64,000 nucleotides of DNA from an uncultured SAR86 cluster bacterium (GCA_902557575.1 CACEAR010000001.1:262685-326684); one strand, 5' to 3'; positions 47,814 through 58,904 are shown, counted from the first letter of the stretch. Notes: generated by a model not told the origin, from the letters alone. Translations and numbers: made by a program.

Positions 47814-50132
47814 TTAGTTAAGAATTGAGTTTTGTATATATCTCTTAAAACCTCTATTTGTGCTATTAAACCCCTTTAATTGAAAAGAGATATTAATACG
47901 ACTTTTATTTTCTGTATCTATTATATTGTCCCATAGCTCATTTAAAAACATATTATTTGAAATATTAATATCATTGAATCGAATTAACGTTCTCTTTGAT
48001 GCTGTTAAAGATGCAGCAAAACAACAGTTTTCATAGCCCAGACCCAGCCTTGCTTCTATAAATTTATCAGTTTCATTATCTCGTTGACCAAATGCAAATA
48101 TTGAATAACCACTTTCTAATGGAACGTCTAAAAAGAATTCGGTTAAGTCCAGATTATCTTGAAGGGATGAGTTTATTCTCCTATATTTTTGGCCAATTCC
48201 AATATTGATTTTCTCGTTTGTATAAAGCACCTCTAATCCAATATTGTTTATTTTTGATTGTTCATCTGAATAGTTCACATATGAGTTAAATTTTATTTCT
48301 TTTGAAGGATTCCAAGTAAAAGACGAGGCAATTGGCCCAGCATCATCTTTTATTTCAAATGGATTGTTTAGGTAAACCTCTCTGTCTTTGAAGTAAAACT
48401 TCTTTTTGATTGTAAAGTTTATTTTCTCAAGACTTTCCTCAAACCTTGAGAAATTTAACCCGATGGCATGAAATTTCTCATCTGCGATTCGATCATAACC
48501 AGAGAATTGCTTATTCATATAGGTATTAACACCCTGAGGTATAAGAGCTGAATCAAAAATAGGATTATCAGACTGATCCTCTGTCTTCGCATATCCAAAT
48601 GTATATATTGGAGTTAAGAATGAAACTCCATCACCAGAAGTTTTGAAGAGATCTTTGGAGACTCTTATATGAATATTCGGAACATTTATATCGTTAGCGG
48701 TATTTTCGTTATTTTTAAGATCATAGCTAATTGACTTTATTCCAATCGAGGTCTCCATATCAAAGTTTTTGTATCTGCTTTCAGTTTTTAATGTGTTGTT
48801 CATGAAAATTCTTGAGCCTTCAGGCGGGCTCTCAACAAGCAGCAAGTATTTTCCTTCATGAACTTGATATCCAATATAGTCATGAAGAGTCCCAGCAGAA
48901 AACTCTGCAAATTTAAAAGATGATTTAAATTGAAGACTCCCAAGATCATTTTTAAATTCAAGATCAATAAAAGGTTTTTTGACATAGCCATTTGTGAGTA
49001 TTGGATTTGATGATTCAAAACCCATCGACCCTAACTCATAAGATAGTTTTTTAAAGTTTCCTTGAAAAGAGATAGATTGTTCAAAATATTCTTCCCTTTG
49101 GAAATTTAAATCAACTGATTCACCTGGAACATCTCTAAAAAAATGAAAATCTGAAAAATCCGCCCAGTTAATATTTAATATTCCTAATTGAAGATCTGTA
49201 GAACTATTAATTTCATATCCCCACCTTTGGTCCCCAATATTTTTATAGCTTGGATATCTTTTATCAAACTCTTTATCACTACTTAAATAAATAAGATTAG
49301 CCCTTATATTATTCTTATCTTTTTTTGAGTTAAGCTGTAACTCAAATCCATTTCCACGTTTTGCAATTACTCTAGGACCAAAAATGAGATCAGAGTTATC
49401 AGATAATATTTTTTTATATGGCAATGTAAAATCAAAGCCATCAGAGGAATACGATATAGATGGATCGAGGAATCTTGAGTGCCTTTTAGGATTATTTTCA
49501 AAATCTTCAGATAAGTAGATAGGAAGATATGGAAATCTGAAAACGGTTTTATTAAAGATTTCCAATCTTATTTTTTTTGCAGAACCCTTTCCAAGCTCAT
49601 CATTAATTTCTATTTGTTCCGCCTTTAATGTCCATCCTGAGGAGGTATCAACACATGATGATAAAGACGCATTCGTGAAAGTTACAGAATCATTAGCTCC
49701 TTCCGCAGAATCAAAGTTGATAAATATATTAGGTTTTTTCCAGTAAGAGTTTCCAGAGTAAAGCTCAAAAGTATTATTACTTCTATCAAATTTACCTCTT
49801 TCTGCTTGCAGGTAAAGGTCATTTAGAAAAATGTCCGCATTATTTTTGAAATTAATTAAGTTGCTATTTTCTTTTAGGATGGCTGAAGATGAAGTGAAGA
49901 GGCCTCCATCAAACTTAAGCACAACATCCTCTTCTAAAAATATTGATTCTTCTGAGATAGAAATCCTTTCTGATTGAATATCCATTTTTTCTTGCTCTGA
50001 AAGGATTGGATAGTAAAAAGTACATTGAGAAAGAGATTCACTTTCTTTAAAAAAACTTTTTTGAATTTCTTCATTAGCTTGTAAAAAACTTGAAAGGATA
50101 AATGAAACAAGAACTAATCTTTTAAGAGGCAT
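47814..50132 (-). CDS. lptD: LPS-assembly outer-membrane protein LptD
   Basis: 772 aa with a signal peptide, beta-rich and aromatic-rich, and a terminal barrel. Heads the lptD-surA-pdxA-rsmA operon. Confidence 0.85.
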   Translation of the reverse strand: MPLKRLVLVSFILSSFLQANEEIQKSFFKESESLSQCTFYYPILSEQEKMDIQSERISISEESIFLEEDVVLKFDGGLFTSSSAILKENSNLINFKNNADIFLNDLYLQAERGKFDRSNNTFELYSGNSYWKKPNIFINFDSAEGANDSVTFTNASLSSCVDTSSGWTLKAEQIEINDELGKGSAKKIRLEIFNKTVFRFPYLPIYLSEDFENNPKRHSRFLDPSISYSSDGFDFTLPYKKILSDNSDLIFGPRVIAKRGNGFELQLNSKKDKNNIRANLIYLSSDKEFDKRYPSYKNIGDQRWGYEINSSTDLQLGILNINWADFSDFHFFRDVPGESVDLNFQREEYFEQSISFQGNFKKLSYELGSMGFESSNPILTNGYVKKPFIDLEFKNDLGSLQFKSSFKFAEFSAGTLHDYIGYQVHEGKYLLLVESPPEGSRIFMNNTLKTESRYKNFDMETSIGIKSISYDLKNNENTANDINVPNIHIRVSKDLFKTSGDGVSFLTPIYTFGYAKTEDQSDNPIFDSALIPQGVNTYMNKQFSGYDRIADEKFHAIGLNFSRFEESLEKINFTIKKKFYFKDREVYLNNPFEIKDDAGPIASSFTWNPSKEIKFNSYVNYSDEQSKINNIGLEVLYTNEKINIGIGQKYRRINSSLQDNLDLTEFFLDVPLESGYSIFAFGQRDNETDKFIEARLGLGYENCCFAASLTASKRTLIRFNDINISNNMFLNELWDNIIDTENKSRINISFQLKGFNSTNRGFKRYIQNSILN

Positions 50133-50163
50133 ACTTATATTGAAAAGATTTTGATAAAAAAGT

Positions 50164-50766
50164 TTATTTTAAAGTTAATAAATATTCCTCAATCTCAACA
50201 AGCTTATCTTTTCCAAAGAAGATTTGATCATTAACAAAAAAAGTTGGTACACCAAAAGAACCTCTTTCAACAGCCATGTTGGTATTATCAAATAATTGTT
50301 GCTTTATATCTTCAGAAGTAATCTCATTAAAAAAATGATCATGGTCAATATCAAACTCTTGTACAAAGTTCATTAGAATTTCTTGATCACCCAAGTTAAT
50401 GTCGTCTTCCCACATTGCTTGCAAAACTTTATCTCTATATTCTTCGACAAAACCCATTTCTTCAGCAACTAAAGCACCTCTTTGAAGGCTTACGGTGGTA
50501 ATTGGGAAATTTGAGTTCATTTTGAACTTATCCAAATTATGCTTTTTCATAAACCTTTCCATCTCAATTCCTTCATAATCAAGCTTATTTTTAATCTCAG
50601 AGAATTGAATCATCGGTGCTTGATTATTAGTTAGTTTAAAAATCCCACCAAGAAGACAATGAATATAATTAAATTTAATACCAGTTCTATCCTGTATTTC
50701 AGGAATAACCTTATGACAACAGTAAGCATTCGGACTTGCAAAATCAAAAATAAAATCTACCTTCAT
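50164..50766 (-). CDS. DsbA-family 2-hydroxychromene-2-carboxylate isomerase-like protein
   Basis: MKVDFIFDFASPNAY start and C-terminal GSFGVPTFFV...FFGKDKL are typical of the HCCA isomerase/DsbA-like family. Confidence 0.75.
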   Translation of the reverse strand: MKVDFIFDFASPNAYCCHKVIPEIQDRTGIKFNYIHCLLGGIFKLTNNQAPMIQFSEIKNKLDYEGIEMERFMKKHNLDKFKMNSNFPITTVSLQRGALVAEEMGFVEEYRDKVLQAMWEDDINLGDQEILMNFVQEFDIDHDHFFNEITSEDIKQQLFDNTNMAVERGSFGVPTFFVNDQIFFGKDKLVEIEEYLLTLK

Positions 50767-50830
50767 AACACTATATATATTTGGTAAAGTTACTTAGTTA
50801 TATTCTTTACATAGTAAATATTAGTTTTAA

Positions 50831-51571
50831 ATGAGAGATTATTCAAAATTTTCTGCCATCATAATTGGTGCAGGGGTATCTACTGGTTCAGCCATTACAC
50901 GAAAGTTTGCTGAAATGGGATATCACGTATGTCCTGTTAGAAGAGAAAGAAACTTTTCTGAACTAGAAAAATTAGCAAATGGCATTAAAGAAGCTGGTTA
51001 TTCAGCAACCCCCTTTGGTGTTGATGCCAGAGATGAGGATGCAATAGCAAAATTATTTAAAGAGGTTGAAGAGAATATTGCTCCAATTGATGTCGTAGTA
51101 TTTAATCCTGGTGCAAATGTTTTTTTCCCAATTGAAGACACTACCGCGAGAATTTATAAAAAAGTTTGGGAGATGGCAGCATTTGCAGGATTCTTAACTG
51201 GGAGAGAGGCTGCAAAATATATGAAGAAAAGAGGGCATGGGTCTATATTTTTCACTGGTGCAACTGCATCTATAAGAGGAGGTGCAGGATTTTCTGCATT
51301 TTCAGGAGCAAAGTTTGCATTAAGATCTCTTTCTCAAAGCATGGCAAGAGAACTTGGTCCGCAAGGTATTCATGTTGCCCATTTTATTATTGATGGTGCT
51401 ATAGATACTCCATTCATAAAGGAAAATTTTCCAGATACATACGCCTTGAAAGAAAAAGATGGTATCTTACAACCTAAGGAAATTGCTGAAGCATATTGGA
51501 ATATTCATGTGCAGCATCCTTCAGCTTGGACTCAAGAAATGGATCTAAGACCATATATGGAAAAATTTTAA
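50831..51571 (+). CDS. short-chain dehydrogenase/reductase
   Basis: GAGVSTGSAI cofactor motif, a GAxxS..G pattern, and a SAFSGAK catalytic-region variant. Confidence 0.75.
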   Translation: MRDYSKFSAIIIGAGVSTGSAITRKFAEMGYHVCPVRRERNFSELEKLANGIKEAGYSATPFGVDARDEDAIAKLFKEVEENIAPIDVVVFNPGANVFFPIEDTTARIYKKVWEMAAFAGFLTGREAAKYMKKRGHGSIFFTGATASIRGGAGFSAFSGAKFALRSLSQSMARELGPQGIHVAHFIIDGAIDTPFIKENFPDTYALKEKDGILQPKEIAEAYWNIHVQHPSAWTQEMDLRPYMEKF

Positions 51572-51582
51572 TAGGAGAAATT

Positions 51583-52440
51583 ATGAGCCTTAAAGATAAA
51601 GTAATATTTGTATCCGGCGGTAGTCGAGGAATTGGGCTGGCGATAGCAAAAAGAGCAGCTCAAGATGGAGCAAAACTTGCTCTAGCAGCAAAAACCGCTG
51701 ATCCACATCCAAAACTTCCAGGAACTATTTATACTGCTGCGGAAGAAATTGCTAAAGCTGGAGGAGAAGCTCTACCTCTAATTTGTGATATTAGAGATGA
51801 AGACAATGTAAGAGAAGTTGTAAATCAAACAGTTGATCACTTTGGTGGCATTGATATATGTATTAATAATGCATCTGCTATCCAACTTACCAATACTATG
51901 GATACAGAAATGAAGCGATACGACTTAATGCATCAAATTAACGGCAGGGGAACCTACATGGTTAGTCGATATTGTCTTCCTCACCTGCTTAAAGCTGAAA
52001 ATCCTCATATTTTAAATTTATCACCACCGCTTGATATGTCAGCAAAATGGTTTGCTGGCCATACTGCATATACTATGGCGAAATATAATATGAGTATGTG
52101 TGTTCTTGGTATGGCTGAAGAATTTAAAGATAGAGGAGTTGCAGTTAATGCTATATGGCCAAGAACAGCTATCGCAACAGCGGCGGTTCAAAACCATCTT
52201 GGAGGCGATGAAATAATGCGTCTTTCAAGAACGCCTGAAATTATGGCTGATGCAGCATATGAGATCTTAACTAAAGACTCAAAAGAGTTTACTGGAAACT
52301 TCTGTATTGATGATGTTGTTCTGCATGAAGCGGGAGTAAAAGATTTCTCTAAATATGCATCTGTTCCTTTTAATGAGCTTATGCCAGATTTCTTTGTACC
52401 TGACGATACCCCACTTCCGGAAGACGTAAAGAATAGTTAA
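51583..52440 (+). CDS. short-chain dehydrogenase/reductase (HSDL2-like)
   Basis: MSLKDKVIFVSGGSRGIGLAIA start (ATG 51583, AGGAG SD). The track start at 51496 lies inside the previous gene. NNASA and YTMAKY motifs. Confidence 0.8.
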   Translation: MSLKDKVIFVSGGSRGIGLAIAKRAAQDGAKLALAAKTADPHPKLPGTIYTAAEEIAKAGGEALPLICDIRDEDNVREVVNQTVDHFGGIDICINNASAIQLTNTMDTEMKRYDLMHQINGRGTYMVSRYCLPHLLKAENPHILNLSPPLDMSAKWFAGHTAYTMAKYNMSMCVLGMAEEFKDRGVAVNAIWPRTAIATAAVQNHLGGDEIMRLSRTPEIMADAAYEILTKDSKEFTGNFCIDDVVLHEAGVKDFSKYASVPFNELMPDFFVPDDTPLPEDVKNS

Positions 52441-53394
52441 TTGAAAGAATCACAAATACGAGAAATAGCCAAAAAGTGTGATTTAAGTTTTGATTCCATA
52501 GCTCCCCTTAAAGACGAAGCAAGTGGAAGATCTTACTGGAGAGTTTCACATGGCAAAGAGTCCTTTGTTTTATGCTATTTAAATCCAGATCTGGGTGATC
52601 ATGACAGTTTCATTTCAGTGGCTGAACAATTAAAAGATCATGATATCAACGTACCTAAAATAATTTCTCATCATCCGACAGTTGGCGTCACAATACAAAA
52701 TGATCTCGGAGACGATGACCTAATTTCATTAATGAATGATCAAAATAGGGAGTTTCTTATAAATAAAAGTATCGATCTCTTAGTAGATATTCATAAGGTA
52801 GATATTGAAGGACTTGTGCATCTGAGTCTGAGCGACCTTAAAGATCAAATGAATAAATTTAAATATATATTCTGTGAAAAATTTTTAGATATTTCTGCTG
52901 ATGAACTTGTGAATGATTTAATAATGAACGCGTTAGATAATTTACAGGAATGCCCGAAAAATAATTGCCATTTCGATTTTGAGCGAAGAAATCTTATTCT
53001 AGATGATCGCAATGAGGTAAATGTCATAGATTTTCAAGATATGTGCATTGCGCCAATTGGAATTGATATTGCTGGTATTTTATTAGATCACTATATGAGT
53101 TTTGATAGGTCAATTATTAAAAAAGGTCTTAAGTATTTTCTTAATCACTCAGATATTTCCTTATCTGAAGATGATCTCTTTGAGTTTTTTAGATGGTCTG
53201 GAATTCAAAGAAATATGAGAATCTTAGGTACATTAGCGAATCTATATTGTGATGAAGGACGAGATTTTAGATTAAAGGATTTACCAAATATTCTCTCAAA
53301 TCTAACATACCTCATTCCAGAGAAACATAATTCAAGATCTTTCTTTGAAGACAAAGTTAAAAATAAATTAAACGAAAGGTTGGCGGCATTATGA
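52441..53394 (+). CDS. phosphotransferase-family kinase, AmgK-like (anomeric MurNAc/GlcNAc kinase candidate)
   Basis: APH-fold kinase (GRSYWRV, HFDFERRNLIL, IDFQD). Overlaps a MurU-like gene and lies next to lptD, as amgK-murU do in Pseudomonas. TTG start in the track. Confidence 0.65.
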   Translation: MKESQIREIAKKCDLSFDSIAPLKDEASGRSYWRVSHGKESFVLCYLNPDLGDHDSFISVAEQLKDHDINVPKIISHHPTVGVTIQNDLGDDDLISLMNDQNREFLINKSIDLLVDIHKVDIEGLVHLSLSDLKDQMNKFKYIFCEKFLDISADELVNDLIMNALDNLQECPKNNCHFDFERRNLILDDRNEVNVIDFQDMCIAPIGIDIAGILLDHYMSFDRSIIKKGLKYFLNHSDISLSEDDLFEFFRWSGIQRNMRILGTLANLYCDEGRDFRLKDLPNILSNLTYLIPEKHNSRSFFEDKVKNKLNERLAAL

Positions 53395-54062
53395 AATGCA
53401 TGATTCTTGCAGCAGGTTATGGCAAGAGGATGATGCCATTAACCAAAGAAACTCCTAAACCACTTTTAAAGATAGGAAATGAAACTCTGCTTGATAGAAA
53501 TATTAAACATGTTCTATCAAATGGCTTTGATGAAATCATAATCAATGTCTCGCATCACGGAGATAAGATAAAGGAACATCTAATTGAAAATTATAAAGAC
53601 CATAAAATAACTTTAGTTGAAGAACCACATCCATATGGAACTGGAGGAGCCCTTATAAATGCTAAAGATTATTTAGGAGATGAAACTATATTAATTATCA
53701 ATGCAGATATTTTTCATGATTTTGATTTATCAAAACTTAATAGAGAAACTGAATGTATTCATTTGGTGGGTGTAGAGAATCCTGATCACAATACAGATGG
53801 TGACTTTAATATTGGACCAGATGGGAAAGTATTTTGTGACGACATAAATCAACTAACGTGGTCAGGCATTTCTTTATTGAATGCAGAAATCTTGTCAAAG
53901 ATTGATAATAACAATTTTCCATTTGATAGCTGGTCAAGCATTGTTTTACCTCAAATTAAGGAGGAAAAAGTAACTGGAGAAATTTACTCAGATATCTGGT
54001 TAGATGTTGGAACAAAAGATAGACTAGAGCTTGCTAATAAAATATTAAGGGAAGAAAATTAA
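53391..54062 (+). CDS. nucleotidyltransferase, MurU-like (MurNAc-1-P uridylyltransferase candidate)
   Basis: MILAAGYGKRMMPLTKETPKPLLKIG sugar-phosphate nucleotidyltransferase motif. 223 aa. Synteny with the kinase. Confidence 0.7.
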   Translation: MKCMILAAGYGKRMMPLTKETPKPLLKIGNETLLDRNIKHVLSNGFDEIIINVSHHGDKIKEHLIENYKDHKITLVEEPHPYGTGGALINAKDYLGDETILIINADIFHDFDLSKLNRETECIHLVGVENPDHNTDGDFNIGPDGKVFCDDINQLTWSGISLLNAEILSKIDNNNFPFDSWSSIVLPQIKEEKVTGEIYSDIWLDVGTKDRLELANKILREEN

Positions 54063-54065
54063 TAA

Positions 54066-54728
54066 ATGAGTGAAATAATTATTGCGCCATCAATCTTGTC
54101 TGCAGATTTTGCAAGGCTTGGTGAAGAGGTTGAGGAAGTACTAAATGCAGGTGCTGACTGGGTGCATTTTGATGTTATGGATAATCATTACGTGCCAAAC
54201 TTAACCATTGGCCCAATGGTTTGCAAAAGTTTGCGCGACTATGGCATTGATTCTTTTATAGATGTTCATCTGATGATTGATCCTGTAGATAGGCTTGCAC
54301 AAGATTTTATTGATGCAGGCGCTTCACTTGTAAGTTTTCACCCTGAGGCTTCAAAACATGTTCATAGGTCAGTATCAGCAATCAAAGATAGGGGTTGCAA
54401 AGCTGGATTAGTGCTTAATCCTGCAACTCAAGTAAATGTATTAGAAGATGTATTAGAAGATTTAGATCTAATCTTAATAATGAGTGTTAATCCTGGATTT
54501 GGTGGGCAGTCTTTTATTGAGTCATCGCTTAAAAAGGTCGAAAAAGTAAGGAAAATGATTGATTCGTCTGGTAAAGACATTAAATTAGAAATTGATGGCG
54601 GCATTAATAAGGATACTATTGCATCAGCATATAGCGCAGGAGCAGATACATTTGTAGCTGGCTCAGCTATTTTTAACAGCAATAATTATGAAGAAACAAT
54701 CTCCTTATTTAGAAAGCTGGCTTCTTAG
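54066..54728 (+). CDS. rpe: ribulose-phosphate 3-epimerase
   Basis: [41 protein letters not shown], and DGGI. Confidence 0.95.
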   Translation: MSEIIIAPSILSADFARLGEEVEEVLNAGADWVHFDVMDNHYVPNLTIGPMVCKSLRDYGIDSFIDVHLMIDPVDRLAQDFIDAGASLVSFHPEASKHVHRSVSAIKDRGCKAGLVLNPATQVNVLEDVLEDLDLILIMSVNPGFGGQSFIESSLKKVEKVRKMIDSSGKDIKLEIDGGINKDTIASAYSAGADTFVAGSAIFNSNNYEETISLFRKLAS

Positions 54729-55125
54729 CTTTGCAATACTGGTTTTTTTCAATACTGAAGTAGCAGCTTCAAAAGAAATAAATATAGAAAAGCTTTTATC
54801 CAATATGGAGATTGCCGACAACTATTCAAAACGTAAGAAAGGCTTAATGTATAGAGATAATATTGATAAAGATTTTGGGATGTTGTTTATCTGGGATAAA
54901 GAAGAAATACAATGTATGTGGATGAAAAATACTTCTATTCCTTTAAGTATTGCTTTTATAAAAGAAGAAGGGATAATCTCAGACATTTATAATCTTTATC
55001 CATTTTCGACATTATCCGTATGCTCAACCGATAAAGTTAAATATGCTCTAGAGGTGAATAGGGGTTGGTTTAAAGAAAATGAAATAACTCGCGGTGATAC
55101 TGTAATAAGCTCACAAATAAAATGA
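54688..55125 (+). CDS. DUF192 domain protein (exported)
   Basis: [21 protein letters not shown]....[14 protein letters not shown] and [10 protein letters not shown] are DUF192 blocks. The track start overlaps rpe by 41 nt. Confidence 0.7.
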   Translation: MKKQSPYLESWLLSFAILVFFNTEVAASKEINIEKLLSNMEIADNYSKRKKGLMYRDNIDKDFGMLFIWDKEEIQCMWMKNTSIPLSIAFIKEEGIISDIYNLYPFSTLSVCSTDKVKYALEVNRGWFKENEITRGDTVISSQIK

Positions 55126-56588
55126 TTACAAAGGAAGAATTCAATACTCTACAAGATAGAGGTTTTAACGTAATACCAATTGTGAAAGAAATATCTCTCA
55201 CAAATGCTTCACCATTATCTGTTTTTAATACTTTTCTAAGAACAAAGAACTCTTTTCTCTTAGAGTCAGTTGAAGGAGGAAATAAGTGGGCTCAATACTC
55301 AATTATTGGTCTCGACTGTCATGATTATTTCAAGATTTCCGGAAATGAAGTTATTAGTTTTGAAAATAATCAACAAACTTTTTTTCATTCTGAAAGTCCA
55401 TTAGATCTTATAAAAGAGAAGATAGAAAAATATAACTGTGCAAAATTTGATGATTTGCCTAGATTTTCTGGAGGTTATGTAGGTTTCTTTGCATATGAAA
55501 GCTCAAAATATGCAGAAAAAAAGATTGAAAGCTTGAAAGAAAAGCCATCGAAATTTGATGAGAATATGCCAGATATTTTCCTTGTGAAGGCAAAAAAACT
55601 AGTTGTTTTCGATAACTTTAGCAACAAAATAAAAATAATAATTAATACTTTTTTAGATACTGGATCATATGATCAATCAATTGAAGAAATTGCCCACATT
55701 GAAGATGAACTTAAAAAAGAAAACAACTTTGAACCTAAAGATTTCTCATTAAAGGCATCAGAGGAAGCTTTTGATTCAAATTTTTCTAAAGAAGATTTCT
55801 TAAAAGCTGTATCTGTGGCTAAAGACTACATTGTTGATGGTGATGTAATGCAAGTTGTTCTAGCTCAAGACTTTTCAAAGGAGTTCACTCATGAGCCTTT
55901 TGATTTATATCAGGCGCTTAGATTTTTAAATCCATCGCCTTACATGTATTTTCTAAACTTTGGAATTTGTCAGGTAGTAGGAGCATCTCCAGAGATCTTA
56001 GTAAGACTTCAAGGGGATCAAATAACCTTAAGACCAATAGCAGGAACAAGAAGAAGAGGCTCAAACGAGATTGAAGATGAAGAAAATGCCAAAGACCTTC
56101 TTTCAGACCCCAAGGAGTTAGCTGAGCATTTGATGTTAATTGATTTAGGAAGAAATGATGTTGGAAAGATTTCTAAAATGGGAACAGTGAAAGTCTCTGA
56201 AAAAATGGTAATAGAAAAATATTCTCATGTTATGCATATTGTTTCTAACGTAGAAGGTAGTAAAAAAGAAAACTTAAGCTTTATTGATGTCTTAAAATCT
56301 GCTCTTCCTGCAGGAACCTTGTCTGGAGCACCAAAAATAAGAGCTATGGAAATTATTAATGAATTAGAGCCAAGCTCAAGAGGCATATATGGAGGAGCAA
56401 TTGGTCACATATCTTGGGATGGAGACATTGATACAGCAATAGCTATCAGAACTGCAGTCATTAAAAATAATAAAATTCATGTTGGAGCTGGGGCAGGGGT
56501 TGTGGCTGACTCAATACCCGAGAATGAATGGAATGAGTGTCTTCAAAAAGCTCATGTTTTCTTAGATGCCATTGAGATGATTAAATGA
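55122..56588 (+). CDS. trpE: anthranilate synthase component I
   Basis: LLESVEGG, GDVMQVVL, SPEILV, IAGTRRRG, LMLIDLGRNDVG, and GAPKIRAMEII. Confidence 0.95.
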   Translation: MITKEEFNTLQDRGFNVIPIVKEISLTNASPLSVFNTFLRTKNSFLLESVEGGNKWAQYSIIGLDCHDYFKISGNEVISFENNQQTFFHSESPLDLIKEKIEKYNCAKFDDLPRFSGGYVGFFAYESSKYAEKKIESLKEKPSKFDENMPDIFLVKAKKLVVFDNFSNKIKIIINTFLDTGSYDQSIEEIAHIEDELKKENNFEPKDFSLKASEEAFDSNFSKEDFLKAVSVAKDYIVDGDVMQVVLAQDFSKEFTHEPFDLYQALRFLNPSPYMYFLNFGICQVVGASPEILVRLQGDQITLRPIAGTRRRGSNEIEDEENAKDLLSDPKELAEHLMLIDLGRNDVGKISKMGTVKVSEKMVIEKYSHVMHIVSNVEGSKKENLSFIDVLKSALPAGTLSGAPKIRAMEIINELEPSSRGIYGGAIGHISWDGDIDTAIAIRTAVIKNNKIHVGAGAGVVADSIPENEWNECLQKAHVFLDAIEMIK

Positions 56589-57148
56589 TTTTAGTAATAG
56601 ATAACTATGACAGCTTTACTTATAACTTAGTCCAGTATATTGGAGAGCTTGGATATGAAGTAATAGTTAAAAGGAATGATGAAATAACTTGTGAAGAAGT
56701 AAGCGCACTAAATCCAGAAAAAATAGTTATTTCGCCTGGACCGTGTACGCCTTTAGAAGCAGGCATATCAGTAGAAATTATTAAAACAATTGAAAAACCT
56801 ATTTTGGGAGTTTGCTTAGGCCATCAGGCAATTGGAGTAGCTTTTGGCGGAGAAATAATTAAGGCTAATGAACCAATTCATGGCAAGCTCTCATTAATTA
56901 ATCATATTGAAAAAGGAGTTTTTAAAGATGTTGATAATCCCTACAGTGTTGTTAGATATCATAGTCTTATTGTTAACCCAGAAAATCTTCCGGATGAGCT
57001 TGAGATAACAGCGACTTTAGTTGAAGATGAAAATATGATCATGGGACTATCTCATAAAACAAAACCCATAGTTGGCGTGCAATTTCATCCAGAATCTATT
57101 GATACAAAGTTTGGTAAGAAACTTATTAGTAACTTTCTTAAATCATGA
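56585..57148 (+). CDS. trpG: anthranilate synthase component II (glutamine amidotransferase)
   Basis: IDNYDSFTYNLVQY, GVCLGHQAIG and VQFHPES triad motifs. Confidence 0.9.
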   Translation: MILVIDNYDSFTYNLVQYIGELGYEVIVKRNDEITCEEVSALNPEKIVISPGPCTPLEAGISVEIIKTIEKPILGVCLGHQAIGVAFGGEIIKANEPIHGKLSLINHIEKGVFKDVDNPYSVVRYHSLIVNPENLPDELEITATLVEDENMIMGLSHKTKPIVGVQFHPESIDTKFGKKLISNFLKS

Positions 57149-58158
57149 TTGATAACGAATTACAAAAACTAAGAGAAAAAATTGATTTAAGCAGGCAAGA
57201 AATGCTCGACGTGATGGATTTAATTATGTCTGGTAGCTTACAAGATAATGAAATAGAAGAATTTCTTATAGCTATGAATGAAAAGGGCGCATCCATTAAT
57301 GAAATATCTTCTGCAGCTTCAGTGATGAGAGATAAGTCACTTAAATTTAATATTGGAGACGGGACTCATATCGATACATGCGGGACAGGAGGAACTGGAC
57401 TTCATATTTTCAACTGCTCAACAGCATCGGCTTTTGTTGCTGCTGCATGTGGGGCAAAGGTAACAAAACATGGCAATAAAAGTATTTCAAGTAAAACTGG
57501 GAGCGCCGACTTTCTTCTAGAAGCAGGAGCAGATATTTCTCATGATAGAAGTTTATTAGAGAGTATTTTTAGAAAAACTGGCTTTATATTCCTTTTTGCT
57601 CCTTTGCATCATTCGTCAATGCGATATGTAATGCCAGCGAGACAGAAAATCGGAAAGAAAACTATATTTAATCTTTTAGGGCCACATACCAATCCTTGCT
57701 CTGCTCGGAAACAGCTAATCGGAGTTTACAAGAGATCACTGGTTGAAACTTTCTCAAGCGTAGCTAAGGAACTTGAAATGGAGCATGTAATTGTGGTCCA
57801 TGGGAATGACGGATTAGATGAGATCTCAATTACTGATGATTCTTTTATAAGCGAACTCAAGGATGGAAAAATAAAAAACTACCAGGTATCACCTAAAGAT
57901 TTTGGTCTAAGTTATGGAAATTTTGAATCCATTAAGGCTTTATCTCCTCAAGAAAGCTTTGAAAAAGTATCTCTAGCATTTGCAGGCAAAGAAGGTTCTG
58001 TTCAAGATATGATAGCTATCAATTCAGCAGCCGCATTAAAACTTTCAGGCATTGTTAATTCCCTTAAAGATGGTGTTGAGCTCTCTAAATCAGCCATGAA
58101 TGAAGGTCTAGCTCAATCAAAACTCGAAAGCTATGTAAAAATGTCTAATAACTTATGA
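57145..58158 (+). CDS. trpD: anthranilate phosphoribosyltransferase
   Basis: DTCGTGGTG, KHGNKSISSKTGSAD and NLLGPHTNP. Confidence 0.95.
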   Translation: MIDNELQKLREKIDLSRQEMLDVMDLIMSGSLQDNEIEEFLIAMNEKGASINEISSAASVMRDKSLKFNIGDGTHIDTCGTGGTGLHIFNCSTASAFVAAACGAKVTKHGNKSISSKTGSADFLLEAGADISHDRSLLESIFRKTGFIFLFAPLHHSSMRYVMPARQKIGKKTIFNLLGPHTNPCSARKQLIGVYKRSLVETFSSVAKELEMEHVIVVHGNDGLDEISITDDSFISELKDGKIKNYQVSPKDFGLSYGNFESIKALSPQESFEKVSLAFAGKEGSVQDMIAINSAAALKLSGIVNSLKDGVELSKSAMNEGLAQSKLESYVKMSNNL

Positions 58159-58904
58159 ATATCCTTGATGAAATAGTTTCAAAAAAAAGAACAAGAGTTA
58201 ATGAAGCAAAATCAATTGTATCCATTGAAGATATTCAAAATCAATTGGAAAAATTATCTTCACTAAAGAGTAATTTTAAAAATAACTTAGAAAACCAAAC
58301 ACAAGCGATAATTGCTGAGATTAAGAAGGCATCACCAAGTGCTGGAATTATTGCTGAAGATTTTAATCCAATTTTAAAAGCGCAAGAATATGAAAAAATG
58401 GGTGCAAGAGCATTATCTATATTAACTGAGGAAGACTTTTTTCAAGGAAGTAATAAGGTTCTTCAAGATGTTAAGAAAGTCACTAATCTCCCCATCCTTA
58501 GAAAAGATTTTATCATTGATGATTATCAAATATATGAATCTAAGTTAATAGGCGCCGATTGTATTTTATTGATTACAAGCATACTCTCAGACTCTCAAAT
58601 TGAAGAGTATGTATCCAAAGCAGAAGCCATAAATTTAGATGTTCTTATTGAAGTGCATGATGAGGAAGAGCTCGCAAGGGTCTCAAAATTTCATAATGCG
58701 CTAATAGGTGTTAATAATAGGAATCTTAAAACTTTTGAAGTAGATCTTACGAATGCTGTTAGGTTAAGGAAAAATTATGATGGAAATCAGATTTTTATTG
58801 CAGAATCAGGAATAAAATCTAGTGCTGATATAGAGTATTTAGCATCCAATAATATAAATGTTTTTTTAATTGGTGAGAGCTTGATGAGGGGTAATCTTTT
58901 TTGA
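58155..58904 (+). CDS. trpC: indole-3-glycerol phosphate synthase
   Basis: IIAEIKKASPSAG, ILRKDFIIDDYQIYES, GVNNRNLKTF, and ESGI. Confidence 0.9.
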   Translation: MNILDEIVSKKRTRVNEAKSIVSIEDIQNQLEKLSSLKSNFKNNLENQTQAIIAEIKKASPSAGIIAEDFNPILKAQEYEKMGARALSILTEEDFFQGSNKVLQDVKKVTNLPILRKDFIIDDYQIYESKLIGADCILLITSILSDSQIEEYVSKAEAINLDVLIEVHDEEELARVSKFHNALIGVNNRNLKTFEVDLTNAVRLRKNYDGNQIFIAESGIKSSADIEYLASNNINVFLIGESLMRGNLF

